61,857 nt of DNA from a virus (Duplodnaviria; Caudoviricetes): positions 1-61,857 of the IMG/VR virus record IMGVR_UViG_3300020381_000004. The stretch is one strand, 5' to 3'. Position numbers and translations under genes: made by a program. The notes beneath the pieces were generated by a model. The model ran no database searches. It saw only the letters and a list, made by a program, of their open reading frames with translations, and had not been told where the DNA came from. Below are positions 27,221 to 36,339 of this stretch, one piece after another (within the stretch, counting starts at the first letter, position 1; every line of letters starts with the position of its first letter).

Positions 27221-27451
27221 ATGGTAGATTTAAATATGTTCTTTGCTATAATATTACTTTGCTCACCAATCGCTAATCCTAGTTGTATTGAAATACATGA
27301 CATGATACAACCACAAGGCTACAAAACAATAGAGAAATGTCAAACAAGATTGAGTGAAATGATGTGGAATATTAGAAATACAATACCTGTTCCACATTCA
27401 ATGACTATAAAATGTATTAAAAAGGAGAACAATAATGGAAGAACTATCTAA
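27221..27451 (+). CDS. Small Cys-containing hypothetical protein
   Basis: 76 aa with a hydrophobic N-terminus. Confidence 0.55.
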   Translation: MVDLNMFFAIILLCSPIANPSCIEIHDMIQPQGYKTIEKCQTRLSEMMWNIRNTIPVPHSMTIKCIKKENNNGRTI

Positions 27452-27608
27452 AGATCAGACAATTTTAGATGTCAAAGACCATTGTACCGGGAAGCTATGT
27501 CCAAGATGCAAGACGGCTTTACAGACAATTGATGTTCATGGACACTTACAATGTGTTATGTGCAAAGCAGTAATTGAAGATTGTTGCCAAGGAGCACCAC
27601 AAAAATGA
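27435..27608 (+). CDS. 57-aa zinc-ribbon protein (not in track)
   Basis: AAGGAG RBS; CPRC...HGHLQCVMC...DCCQG. Confidence 0.65.
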   Translation: MEELSKDQTILDVKDHCTGKLCPRCKTALQTIDVHGHLQCVMCKAVIEDCCQGAPQK

Positions 27609-27853
27609 GTGACAACATAGTAAAATTCCCGTATAAATTAAAGAAGACACAAATGCCAATAGAACGAGTATGTGATTTGGCAAAAACTAGGTTGGAAAAT
27701 GTAGTTATCATGGGGGTAACGAAACAGGGTCAAGTTCAACTTATATCAACATTCCAAGACCCTGCTGAAGTTCTTTGGTATTTAGAAAGTGCCAAGATGG
27801 GTTTGATGCAAGGCATGGTATTGGAAGAGGGAGAGATTGATGAAGAAGAGTGA
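27605..27853 (+). CDS. Hypothetical protein
   Basis: Start MSDNIVKFP via ATGA overlap. Confidence 0.6.
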   Translation: MSDNIVKFPYKLKKTQMPIERVCDLAKTRLENVVIMGVTKQGQVQLISTFQDPAEVLWYLESAKMGLMQGMVLEEGEIDEEE

Positions 27854-28025
27854 CAAAAAAAACATACACAATAAAACTGGAGATAACGTCATCCAGTTTC
27901 CCAAGCCATCCACACCTAGCGATGGCAGTCGCAAGGAGGATGTGGAAAGTGGGGAGGGACTCACATTCTATTTCACTCCAGATTGGGACACCAGTGGAGA
28001 TGATTCAGAAGATAGCGAAACTTGA
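27837..28025 (+). CDS. Hypothetical protein
   Basis: 62 aa; GDNVIQFP. Confidence 0.5.
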   Translation: MMKKSDKKNIHNKTGDNVIQFPKPSTPSDGSRKEDVESGEGLTFYFTPDWDTSGDDSEDSET

Positions 28026-28239
28026 GAACTGGAAAAGGGACGACAAAAATGTTTTTGATTCACACAGAGGTTATTGGGGACCTTTTTTAACACCAGAAGA
28101 ATCGCAAGAATTATGTGCAGAAAAATTTGAGGATGACCCAAGGGCAATGAAAGAATCACAACAAAAATATAGAAACAAATATTCTGTACAACAGTCATCG
28201 AGTTCTAGTTTAACTTGGGCCGAAGACACCTACGAATAA
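28000..28239 (+). CDS. Hypothetical protein
   Basis: 3' part of track ORF 27850-28239; probable start MIQKIA. Confidence 0.5.
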   Translation: MIQKIAKLENWKRDDKNVFDSHRGYWGPFLTPEESQELCAEKFEDDPRAMKESQQKYRNKYSVQQSSSSSLTWAEDTYE

Positions 28240-28297
28240 TTTTTTTGATTGACATATAGGAAAAAATGTGATTAAAACATAATAAAAGGGAGAGACA

Positions 28298-28684
28298 ATG
28301 TTAGTTATTATAGAGTCGCCATTTCGCGGCAATAAAAATTTTGGTCAAGAACAGAACTCAACATATGCAAGATTATGTCTTCATGATTCGTTGATGCGTG
28401 GAGAGTCACCTTTTGCATCACACTTACTTTACACTCAAGTATTGAACGAGCAAGATCTTGGTCAAAGAACAATGGGCATGAAAAGAGCATTCAAATGGTA
28501 TCGACACGCTAATCTTATGGCAGTGTATCGAGATCATGGAATAACTCAAGGCATGAGAAAAGGTATCCGAGTTGCTAAATATTATAATATAAAAATAGAA
28601 TTTAGAACTTTAGCAGACTGGGCCAGGGCAATAGAAGCAGGAGAGTATAATGGAAGATCCCAAAAGACAAGAAGAGCTGTTTGA
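28298..28684 (+). CDS. Conserved phage protein (nucleoside deoxyribosyltransferase-like fold possible)
   Basis: VIIESPF...GESPFASHLLYTQVL...GITQGM. Confidence 0.65.
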   Translation: MLVIIESPFRGNKNFGQEQNSTYARLCLHDSLMRGESPFASHLLYTQVLNEQDLGQRTMGMKRAFKWYRHANLMAVYRDHGITQGMRKGIRVAKYYNIKIEFRTLADWARAIEAGEYNGRSQKTRRAV

Positions 28685-28835
28685 TAACTGCTTGAAAGAA
28701 GAAAAGTATTGGAGAAAAAAACAATACGATCATGAGTGGAATGAAGACAAACTCAATGCACGGTGGTGTAAAGAACAAGCAGATTATTGGAAAGACAAAA
28801 TCAATCATGGAATTTTTTGGGAACCTAAATTTTGA
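28650..28835 (+). CDS. Hypothetical protein
   Basis: 61 aa with GGAG RBS. Confidence 0.55.
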   Translation: MEDPKRQEELFDNCLKEEKYWRKKQYDHEWNEDKLNARWCKEQADYWKDKINHGIFWEPKF

Positions 28836-30277
28836 CAGACTTTAAGTACAAAACAAAACCATACCAACATCAAAGAGAAGCATTAGAACAAAGTTACATG
28901 GAAAGAAACTTTGCATACTTCATGGAGATGGGTTGTGGTAAGTCGAAGGTATTGATTGACAATGTCGCTTGGCTTTATGAAAAAGCAGAAATTGATTGTG
29001 CTGTTATCGTTGCACCAAAAGGTGTATACATGAACTGGAAGAATAGTGAAATACCTATTCATCTGCATGATAGTGTAAGACATAAAGTTTACACATGGAA
29101 ATCTAGTTTAACAAAAAGAGAAACGGAAACGCTCCGTGAATCGGTGACCGAGAGACATAGACTTAGAATCATTTTGGTCAATGTTGAGGCTTTTGCTACA
29201 AAGAAAGTGTTACAATATTTAGATAAGGTAACACATAGAAGCGATTTTCTTTTAGCCATAGACGAATCGACAACAATTAAAAACATAAAAGCAAAAAGAA
29301 CAAAGGCACTTATAAAATTTGGTGAGGCTGCGAAGTATAGAAGAATATTAACTGGAGCACCAATAACAAAATCACCTCTTGACTTATACGCACAGTTTCT
29401 ATTCTTAAACAAAGAAATCATGGGGTTTGATTCATACTGGTCTTTTCAAGGAAGGTACGCAGTAGTGAGAAGTGTTAAGATGGGATCACATTCTTTTAAC
29501 CAGGTTGTTGGGTACAGAAATTTAGAAGAGATGAAATGTAAGATCGCTCACTATTCTTATCGAACAACAAAAGAAGAAGCATTAGATTTACCACCGAAGA
29601 TATACACAACAAGACAAGTTGATCTGACAATGGAGCAAGAACGACATTATCAAAGTATTAAAAAAACTTCGGTAGCGTTGCTTGAAACTGGAGAGATGGT
29701 TACTGCTCCAGAGGTCATGACACAATTGTTAAGATTACAACAATTACTATGTGGTTATCTTGTTACAGACAACGGAGAAGTAGAAGAAATACCAAACAAT
29801 CGTATGAATGTGTTAATGGAAACAATCGAAGAGATGGAAGGCAAGATTATTATTTGGTCAAGATTCAGACACGACATTATAAAGATAACAGAAAAGTTAA
29901 AACAGACATACGGATCAGACACAGTCGTAAATTACTTTGGCGATACGACAATGCAAGACAGACAAGATGCAATTGAAAAATTTCAAAATTTAGAAGATAA
30001 TGTGAAATTTTTTATATCTAATCCACAAACTGGTGGCATGGGTATTACACTTCACGCAGCGACAAATGTTATTTATTACTCAAACGATTTTAATTTAGAG
30101 TCAAGAAAACAATCTGAAGATAGAGCACATAGAGTTGGTCAACATCATCCAGTCCTTTATGTGGATCTAATGTGTCCCAACACAGTTGATGTTCACATCG
30201 TCAAAACATTATTAAATAAGAATAAACTAGCAAGTATAACTTTAGGGGAAAGGGTATTAGAATGGCTAAAGACATAA
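28832..30277 (+). CDS. SNF2-family (SF2) helicase
   Basis: MEMGCGKS, DEST, LTGAP, GGMGITL, QSEDRAHRVGQ. Confidence 0.9.
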   Translation: MTDFKYKTKPYQHQREALEQSYMERNFAYFMEMGCGKSKVLIDNVAWLYEKAEIDCAVIVAPKGVYMNWKNSEIPIHLHDSVRHKVYTWKSSLTKRETETLRESVTERHRLRIILVNVEAFATKKVLQYLDKVTHRSDFLLAIDESTTIKNIKAKRTKALIKFGEAAKYRRILTGAPITKSPLDLYAQFLFLNKEIMGFDSYWSFQGRYAVVRSVKMGSHSFNQVVGYRNLEEMKCKIAHYSYRTTKEEALDLPPKIYTTRQVDLTMEQERHYQSIKKTSVALLETGEMVTAPEVMTQLLRLQQLLCGYLVTDNGEVEEIPNNRMNVLMETIEEMEGKIIIWSRFRHDIIKITEKLKQTYGSDTVVNYFGDTTMQDRQDAIEKFQNLEDNVKFFISNPQTGGMGITLHAATNVIYYSNDFNLESRKQSEDRAHRVGQHHPVLYVDLMCPNTVDVHIVKTLLNKNKLASITLGERVLEWLKT

Positions 30278-30783
30278 GAGGAGAGAAGATGATAGGCACG
30301 GCGGGAGAGACTTTCGTTGCCTATGCACTATCGATGATGGGTGTTGAATGTTCCTTGGTTAAACAAGATGGTACAGATATCATAGCGTGTAAATCAATGG
30401 ACGATAGTTTACTTGTGCCTCAGAGAATAGAAGTGAAGACAGCAACATGGTTGAATGATAAAAAACTATTTAACTTTTCTACATCAAAAGGTGGAGACAA
30501 ACGGGCCTACACAAAAAAAGATTGTGACATCATAGCTTTGTGTTCCATCAGACAAAGAGGTGTTTTATTTTTCAATGTTGAAAAATTACAAAAGGTAAGT
30601 AAAAAAATTCATATAAATGATTTTATGAACGAAGAAGATATGAAAAGAACATGGGAAAGTTCTTTGTATGAGAGTCAAAAACACATGTTTAATCTTCTTA
30701 AAAAAGAGCGTAAAAATTACACTCATCCTTATTTAGGGGACATGAGACTAAAAGTAAATGCAGAAATTGTTAAAAAAATATAA
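30262..30783 (+). CDS. PD-(D/E)XK endonuclease-like protein
   Basis: GTAGE...DII...RIEVKT...Y...DCDIIAL. Confidence 0.7.
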   Translation: MAKDIRGEKMIGTAGETFVAYALSMMGVECSLVKQDGTDIIACKSMDDSLLVPQRIEVKTATWLNDKKLFNFSTSKGGDKRAYTKKDCDIIALCSIRQRGVLFFNVEKLQKVSKKIHINDFMNEEDMKRTWESSLYESQKHMFNLLKKERKNYTHPYLGDMRLKVNAEIVKKI

Positions 30784-30830
30784 GTTTTTATTTGACAAAG
30801 TGGGTATAGTTGTGATAAGAGTTAAGATAA

Positions 30831-31021
30831 CATCAAGGTGGTTTTTTTTCATAGGGGTTCGCATAACCCTCCTCCTTGCCACCGAGATGCCAGTTTGAGG
30901 AGCTGTTTGTGGTTTTTTATATTTCCCACATTAGCTCCAGCTCACTCAAACGAATTGCGAAAAAAGATGAGGTAGGTTCCAAGTTTTTTGAAGATTTCCT
31001 TGGTTTCTCCCCTACCTCATC
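30831..31021 (+). ncRNA. Candidate structured RNA (three consecutive hairpins) behind a TTGACA box
   Basis: Stems at 30831-30889, 30899-30938 and 30966-31021; TTGACA at 30792. Confidence 0.4.
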
Positions 31022-31042
31022 ATTAATTAGGAAGGACGACAA

Positions 31043-31210
31043 ATGGATCCGAGTAAATGGAAATCAGTAGCAGTACCGATTAGCATTTGGACAAAGTTAA
31101 AAGAATTAGCTGACAGAAATGATAGATCTGTTGGCGGAACGATTTCATTTCTCACAAAGAGAGAATATGAAAAAGAAGTTGACAACAAGCAAATCAAAAA
31201 GGTAGGCTAG
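31043..31210 (+). CDS. Ribbon-helix-helix-like DNA-binding protein, 55 aa (not in track)
   Basis: MDPSKWKSVAVPISIWTKLKELADRNDRSVGGTISFLTKRE...; AAGGA RBS. Confidence 0.7.
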   Translation: MDPSKWKSVAVPISIWTKLKELADRNDRSVGGTISFLTKREYEKEVDNKQIKKVG

Positions 31211-31385
31211 TTGTCGATTAGTTGGGTGAGGTTTCCTTTCCGAGTCTGGACGACACTCCTAGATTCGTACATTTCCTCACTTAACGATTAGCGTATGTTA
31301 ATACATATCGATACGGCTCTCCACTCCTGTAGGGCCGTATCTTAACCGCTGAAGAGCATAAACTTTATTTGAGAAAGGTAGAACT

Positions 31386-31952
31386 ATGAGTGATGTGTTT
31401 TCACTATTTGAAGAAGAGGCAGCTAATCCTCAAGCGTTTGAAATTAGCAAAGACAAGACGAAGAATCTTTCGTCTCTTATTCGGTTATCTATAGATGTTG
31501 AGAAACAAATTAAAGAAACCGAAGACTATCTTAAAGACTTGAAACAAAAGAAGCGAACTGTTGATGAGGAAGATATTCCTTCATTAATGGAAGAGCTTGG
31601 TGTAGAGAGTCTACAAGTAGATGGCAACAAAGTATCGATAGATAAGTTTGTGTCTGCTCGTATACCAGAGGCTAGAAAAGATGAAGCTTATGCTTTTCTA
31701 AGATCAATAGGTGAGGCAGATATAATTAAGAATGAAGTTGTTGTCGGATTTAATATGGGTCAAGATAATGTAGCGGGAGCCGTGGTTGATGATCTTACGA
31801 AGCAAGGTTTAAACCCGGTACAAAAAACTCATATACATCCAATGACTCTGAGAACTTGGGCGAAGAACAGAATCGAAAACGGTCAAGAGATTGATCTTGA
31901 TATGTTTGGGGTATACCAGGGTAATCGTGCAAAAATTAAAGGAGGTCAGTAA
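31386..31952 (+). CDS. Conserved replication-module protein
   Basis: 188 aa; IPSLMEELG...DIIKNEV...IHPMTL. Confidence 0.7.
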   Translation: MSDVFSLFEEEAANPQAFEISKDKTKNLSSLIRLSIDVEKQIKETEDYLKDLKQKKRTVDEEDIPSLMEELGVESLQVDGNKVSIDKFVSARIPEARKDEAYAFLRSIGEADIIKNEVVVGFNMGQDNVAGAVVDDLTKQGLNPVQKTHIHPMTLRTWAKNRIENGQEIDLDMFGVYQGNRAKIKGGQ

Positions 31953-32731
31953 TGGACACACAAGTTGCACAGAAAAAGACCACAGAGGTTGTGGTATCAG
32001 AACTCGACAAGTTACTTGAAGAGGACTCTGGTGCTGGTCTTGAGAATTTTACAACCGAAGATATGCAGATACCTTTTATTAGGATTCTGCAGGCGTTGTC
32101 GCCACAACTTAATAAGCAAGATCCTTTATATATTAAAGGTGCTGAGCAAGGCGATATATTCAATACAGTTAGTGGAGAGATCTATAAAGCAGATACTGGA
32201 TTAACTGTTGTTCCAGCATATTTTGAAAAGAAATTTTTAGAATTTGCATTACGATCTACTGGTGGTGGATTTATCAAGGAGTTATCTCCAGACGATAAAG
32301 ATATCAATCTTACCAATCGTGAAGGGACTATTGAAATGTTACCAAGTGGTAACGAACTCGTAAGAACACACCAACATCTCGTGATTGCCAAAGGTGAGAA
32401 TGAGATGGCTCCAGCAGTTCTTGACATGAAGAAGACACAATTAAAAGTGTCAAGAAGATGGAATACTTTGAAGAATGGTATTCGTTTGCCCTCTGGTAAA
32501 CCTATGCCTCTTTATGGTACTGCGTGGAAGATTACGACAGTTTCCGAAAGTAACGATCAAGGGACATGGTATAATTATAAACTTGACCGTATTACAGAAA
32601 TCACTAAAGATATAGAAAGTATGATGCTAGAAGCTCGTAATATGTATCAAAGTGTGAGGAAAGGGGAGGTTAAAATGGCAGCCGCCTCTGCTGACGAGAT
32701 GGCAGACAAAGGTGACGAAGCACCGTTTTAA
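31952..32731 (+). CDS. Putative single-stranded DNA-binding protein
   Basis: 259 aa; IPFIRILQALSPQ; acidic tail ending DEAPF; upstream of the primase. Confidence 0.6.
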   Translation: MDTQVAQKKTTEVVVSELDKLLEEDSGAGLENFTTEDMQIPFIRILQALSPQLNKQDPLYIKGAEQGDIFNTVSGEIYKADTGLTVVPAYFEKKFLEFALRSTGGGFIKELSPDDKDINLTNREGTIEMLPSGNELVRTHQHLVIAKGENEMAPAVLDMKKTQLKVSRRWNTLKNGIRLPSGKPMPLYGTAWKITTVSESNDQGTWYNYKLDRITEITKDIESMMLEARNMYQSVRKGEVKMAAASADEMADKGDEAPF

Positions 32732-32788
32732 CTATTGGGGTCACATACGCTCCTCCAAGTATGTGGCCCTTATTTTTTGGAGTGATGA

Positions 32789-34327
32789 GTGAATATAACA
32801 GAAGAATTTTTAAAAGCATTTGAAGGGTTCGGTCAAGCACACGGACAAACAGATGTTTCCAACCAAAGAATGAACGGCAAACAAAAAGCCAAATCATTTA
32901 TAGTAAGACAACCATTAACATTAGAATTAGTTCAAGGTCATCTCGATGGCAAAAAAGGTGTTGGAGCGATACCAATTAACGAAAATAACAAGTGTAAATT
33001 TGGTGCTCTTGACATTGATCAGTATCCATTAGACCATATTAGTCTAGCCACAAAACTGAAGGAACTCAAAGTTCCATGTATCGTGTGCCGTAGTAAAAGT
33101 GGCGGAGCACACATATTTTTCTTTTTTAAGGAGTGGATGGATGCTAGTGATTTTCGTGATAAAGCTGCGGAGATTGCTGCTGGATTGGGTCATGGTCGTT
33201 GCGAGATTTTCCCAAAACAGGAGCAAGTTCTGGTCGAAAGGGGGGATGTTGGTAATTTTATCAATCTTCCTTATTTTGATTCTGCTAAAACCCTCAGATA
33301 CGCGGTCATTCAAAAGAAAGATGGCTATATTGAGGCTACGCTTGAGGAATTTATTGAAGAAATAAAAGAGCAATCATGTCTACCAAAACAATTTATGAAT
33401 GTAAATATTGGTGGGCCAGCTAATTTATTTCCAGGATTCGTACCATGTCTTCGTGCTTTATTAAGTATCGGAGTGCATGAAGGTGGTAGAAATAAAGCTG
33501 CTTTTCAGTTAGGTGTTTTTTTACAGAAGTCTCGACCTAATGATTGGAAGTCGCAGATGGAGGAGTTGAATGTAAAACATTTTACTCCAGCTTTACCTGC
33601 TTCTGAAATAGTTACGATTCAAAACACATTGGAGAAGAAAGAGTATCAATATACATGTAAAGAAGAACCTATGGCTTCTCATTGTAATCAAGGAATTTGT
33701 CGTGGATTGAAGCATGGTATTGGTATGACCTCTATGCCATCGATTAGTGGATTGTCTGTCATTTTATCAGAGCCTCGTTTGTGGTTCTTGGATATAGATG
33801 GTAGAAGATTAGAACTCACAACAGAAGAACTACAGACACCACGATTGTTTCAAAGAGCGTGTATGGAGCAGTTAAATTTTATGCCACCAAAGATGAAAGA
33901 TGGTGATTGGGAGATACAAGTCAATGGTCTTCTTGAAAACTGTAATGAAATAAGTGTACCAGAGGAACTTACATATAAAGGTCAGTTCATGTCTCTGCTA
34001 GAATTATATTGCACTGGAAGAGTTCAAGCACAAAGCTTTGAAGAAGTGGTGTTAGGTAAACCTTTTACAGAGGCAGAAGAATCTAAAACATACTTTAGAT
34101 TAGAATCTTTGATGGATTTTTTAAGAGGAAGAAAGTTTGATAATTACACAAGAGCACAAGTGCAAGAGAGAATAAAAGAAATAAACAATGGAGATAGTTC
34201 CGTAGTTAAAAAGTTTCAAACATCACAAGGTAAATGGAAGACCGTTAGAGTTTGGTGGATACCAGAGTTTGGAGCAGAAATACAGATTAGACCAATAGAA
34301 ATAAAGCAAGAGGAGTCACCATTCTAA
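32789..34327 (+). CDS. AEP-superfamily primase (prim-pol) with PriCT-like domain
   Basis: GALDID, RSKSGGAHIF, GNFINLPY, PC...EGGRN. Confidence 0.8.
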   Translation: MNITEEFLKAFEGFGQAHGQTDVSNQRMNGKQKAKSFIVRQPLTLELVQGHLDGKKGVGAIPINENNKCKFGALDIDQYPLDHISLATKLKELKVPCIVCRSKSGGAHIFFFFKEWMDASDFRDKAAEIAAGLGHGRCEIFPKQEQVLVERGDVGNFINLPYFDSAKTLRYAVIQKKDGYIEATLEEFIEEIKEQSCLPKQFMNVNIGGPANLFPGFVPCLRALLSIGVHEGGRNKAAFQLGVFLQKSRPNDWKSQMEELNVKHFTPALPASEIVTIQNTLEKKEYQYTCKEEPMASHCNQGICRGLKHGIGMTSMPSISGLSVILSEPRLWFLDIDGRRLELTTEELQTPRLFQRACMEQLNFMPPKMKDGDWEIQVNGLLENCNEISVPEELTYKGQFMSLLELYCTGRVQAQSFEEVVLGKPFTEAEESKTYFRLESLMDFLRGRKFDNYTRAQVQERIKEINNGDSSVVKKFQTSQGKWKTVRVWWIPEFGAEIQIRPIEIKQEESPF

Positions 34328-35862
34328 TGAATGAAACAACGATATTTGGACCTCCTGGAACAGGGAAAACAACAACATTAATTAATATAGTCAAGGATAG
34401 AATGTCTACTGGAACGGCTCCAGATAAGATAGGATTCTTTTCTTTTAGTAGAAAAGCAGCCACAGAAGCTAGAGATCGTGCTTGGCTTGACTTACAATTA
34501 GATAATAAAAGTTTACAGTATTTTAGAACTTTACACAGTTTAGCCTTTCAATGGCTTGGTTTAAATACAAGAGATGTGTTTAGAGGATCTGATTACAATG
34601 AGCTAGGTAAGATTGTAGGTATAGATTTCAGATCATCACAAACATTAAATATAGAAGACGGTCCTTTGTTTTCTATTGGTGCAGGTGGAGATAAATACAT
34701 GTCTATCATTCAAATGGCAAGAGTTAAACAAGTGCCAGTCATGGATGAGTTTAAACAAAACTGGGATACACCAGAAGAGTGGAGTTCAAAACTACAAGTC
34801 CAACAACTAGAACTGTTGAATGATGCTTATGTGAAATATAAAAGAGCAAAAGGTAAATTAGATTTTATAGACATGATAGAAAAATTTATTAGTCAAGGAA
34901 CAAGTCCAAAGTTTGATCTATTAATTATAGATGAAGCACAAGATCTTGTGCCTCTGCAATGGAGAATGGTCAAGGAAGTATTGGTTCCTAATTCAAAAGA
35001 AGTTTTCTATGCTGGTGATGATGACCAAGCGATCTATGGTTGGATGGGTGTAGATGTAAAAAGATTTTTAGGAGCAAGTCCAAATAAAAGAGTTCTTAAA
35101 AAATCTTTTCGTGTGCCAATTGAAATACATAAAATGGCAGACTTACTTATAAGAAAAGTTAAAATCAGAGAAGATAAAAAATGGCAACCCCAAAATCACA
35201 ATGGATTTGTTTCTTGGTATCGTGATATACTTGATGTAGACTTAACAAGTGGCGAATGGTTAATACTTGCAAGAACAAACTATTTAGTAAACAAAGTATG
35301 TTTACGTTTGAAAGAAGATGGGCATCTTTTCTGGAGAGAAGGCACTGGTTGGTCTATATCACCAAATGTTTTGAATGCAATAGAGGTATGGCTTAAACTA
35401 TGCAAGGGGGAAGAATTGACAACAGAAGAGTTACTCCCATTTTCAAAACTAATACATCCAGATCTTATTACAAAGGCGGGCAGAAAAATTCTAGCATCTT
35501 TAGAATCAGATCAAAACTATACTCTTCAAGATATTATAAACAACTGCAATCTAAAAGCGACATCAGAAACACCTTGGCAGAAAGTTCTGAAAGTATCGGA
35601 ACAAGAGGTGGCTTACATAGTATCTGTCAGAAAGAGAGGGGAGAGGATACTAACGAAAGCTCCGAGGATCCGTGTATCGACAATACACAAAGCCAAAGGT
35701 GGAGAGGCGGATAATGTAGCTTTATTGTTAGACTCCACAAGAGCTTGTACTGAACAATGGGATCAAGACCCAGAGTATAGAGTTTTCTATGTAGGGATGA
35801 CTCGTGCAAAGAAGACACTACATTTAATAGAATCACAACAACAATACGGATTTAATTTATGA
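34327..35862 (+). CDS. UvrD/Rep-family (SF1) DNA helicase
   Basis: GPPGTGKT, TLHS, IDEAQD, GDDDQAIY, TIHKAKGGE, YVGMTRAK. Confidence 0.92.
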   Translation: MNETTIFGPPGTGKTTTLINIVKDRMSTGTAPDKIGFFSFSRKAATEARDRAWLDLQLDNKSLQYFRTLHSLAFQWLGLNTRDVFRGSDYNELGKIVGIDFRSSQTLNIEDGPLFSIGAGGDKYMSIIQMARVKQVPVMDEFKQNWDTPEEWSSKLQVQQLELLNDAYVKYKRAKGKLDFIDMIEKFISQGTSPKFDLLIIDEAQDLVPLQWRMVKEVLVPNSKEVFYAGDDDQAIYGWMGVDVKRFLGASPNKRVLKKSFRVPIEIHKMADLLIRKVKIREDKKWQPQNHNGFVSWYRDILDVDLTSGEWLILARTNYLVNKVCLRLKEDGHLFWREGTGWSISPNVLNAIEVWLKLCKGEELTTEELLPFSKLIHPDLITKAGRKILASLESDQNYTLQDIINNCNLKATSETPWQKVLKVSEQEVAYIVSVRKRGERILTKAPRIRVSTIHKAKGGEADNVALLLDSTRACTEQWDQDPEYRVFYVGMTRAKKTLHLIESQQQYGFNL

Positions 35863-36068
35863 AGAAAGATAACAATGAAGATATTAATCTAAACAATCAA
35901 GTCGGATATATGAACGGAAAAGAAGTATATAATTTCTTTGGAGTAAGTTCAGAAACAATAAAAAAATGGATGGACTATGAAAATTTTCCAGTACCTATTT
36001 TAATAACACCAAAAACTAGACTATGGAAATGTTCTGAGATTAAGGAGTGGATAGATGAAAAAAAATAG
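35859..36068 (+). CDS. AlpA/excisionase-like HTH protein
   Basis: GVSSETIKKW...FPVPI...RLW..SEIKEWI. Confidence 0.7.
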   Translation: MKKDNNEDINLNNQVGYMNGKEVYNFFGVSSETIKKWMDYENFPVPILITPKTRLWKCSEIKEWIDEKK

Positions 36069-36339
36069 AGAATATTTTTTAAAAGAAGCAGAAAAATTAA
36101 TTAATGGGCCGAGAGCAAAAGACTATGGGCCAGTAAAAAAGAACCATCAAAGAATAGCAGATATTTGGACTATTCTTTTGGACAAGAAGTTAAAAGAACC
36201 CATTACTCCAGAGGATGCAGTAGCTTGTATGATTGGAGTTAAGATAGCAAGACTAGCAGAAGACATTAATAAAGATGATAGCTGGATAGATGTTATTGGG
36301 TATGCAGCTTTGGGAGGCGAAATAATAAATGACAAATGA
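36055..36339 (+). CDS. Conserved phage protein (DUF6378-like)
   Basis: R..DYG....NHQRIA..W...VKIAR...DSWIDVIGYAA. Confidence 0.7.
   Translation: MKKNREYFLKEAEKLINGPRAKDYGPVKKNHQRIADIWTILLDKKLKEPITPEDAVACMIGVKIARLAEDINKDDSWIDVIGYAALGGEIINDK

Noticed and set aside
26613-27227. 204-aa plus-strand ORF
   Set aside because: Antisense to terS and spans the iteron region; composition is not protein-like.
30876-31070. 64-aa ORF
   Set aside because: TTG start with no RBS; it lies over hairpins and overlaps the better-supported RHH gene at 31043.
30783-31385. tRNA or tmRNA
   Set aside because: No cloverleaf or TTCRA T-loop/CCA arrangement could be identified.
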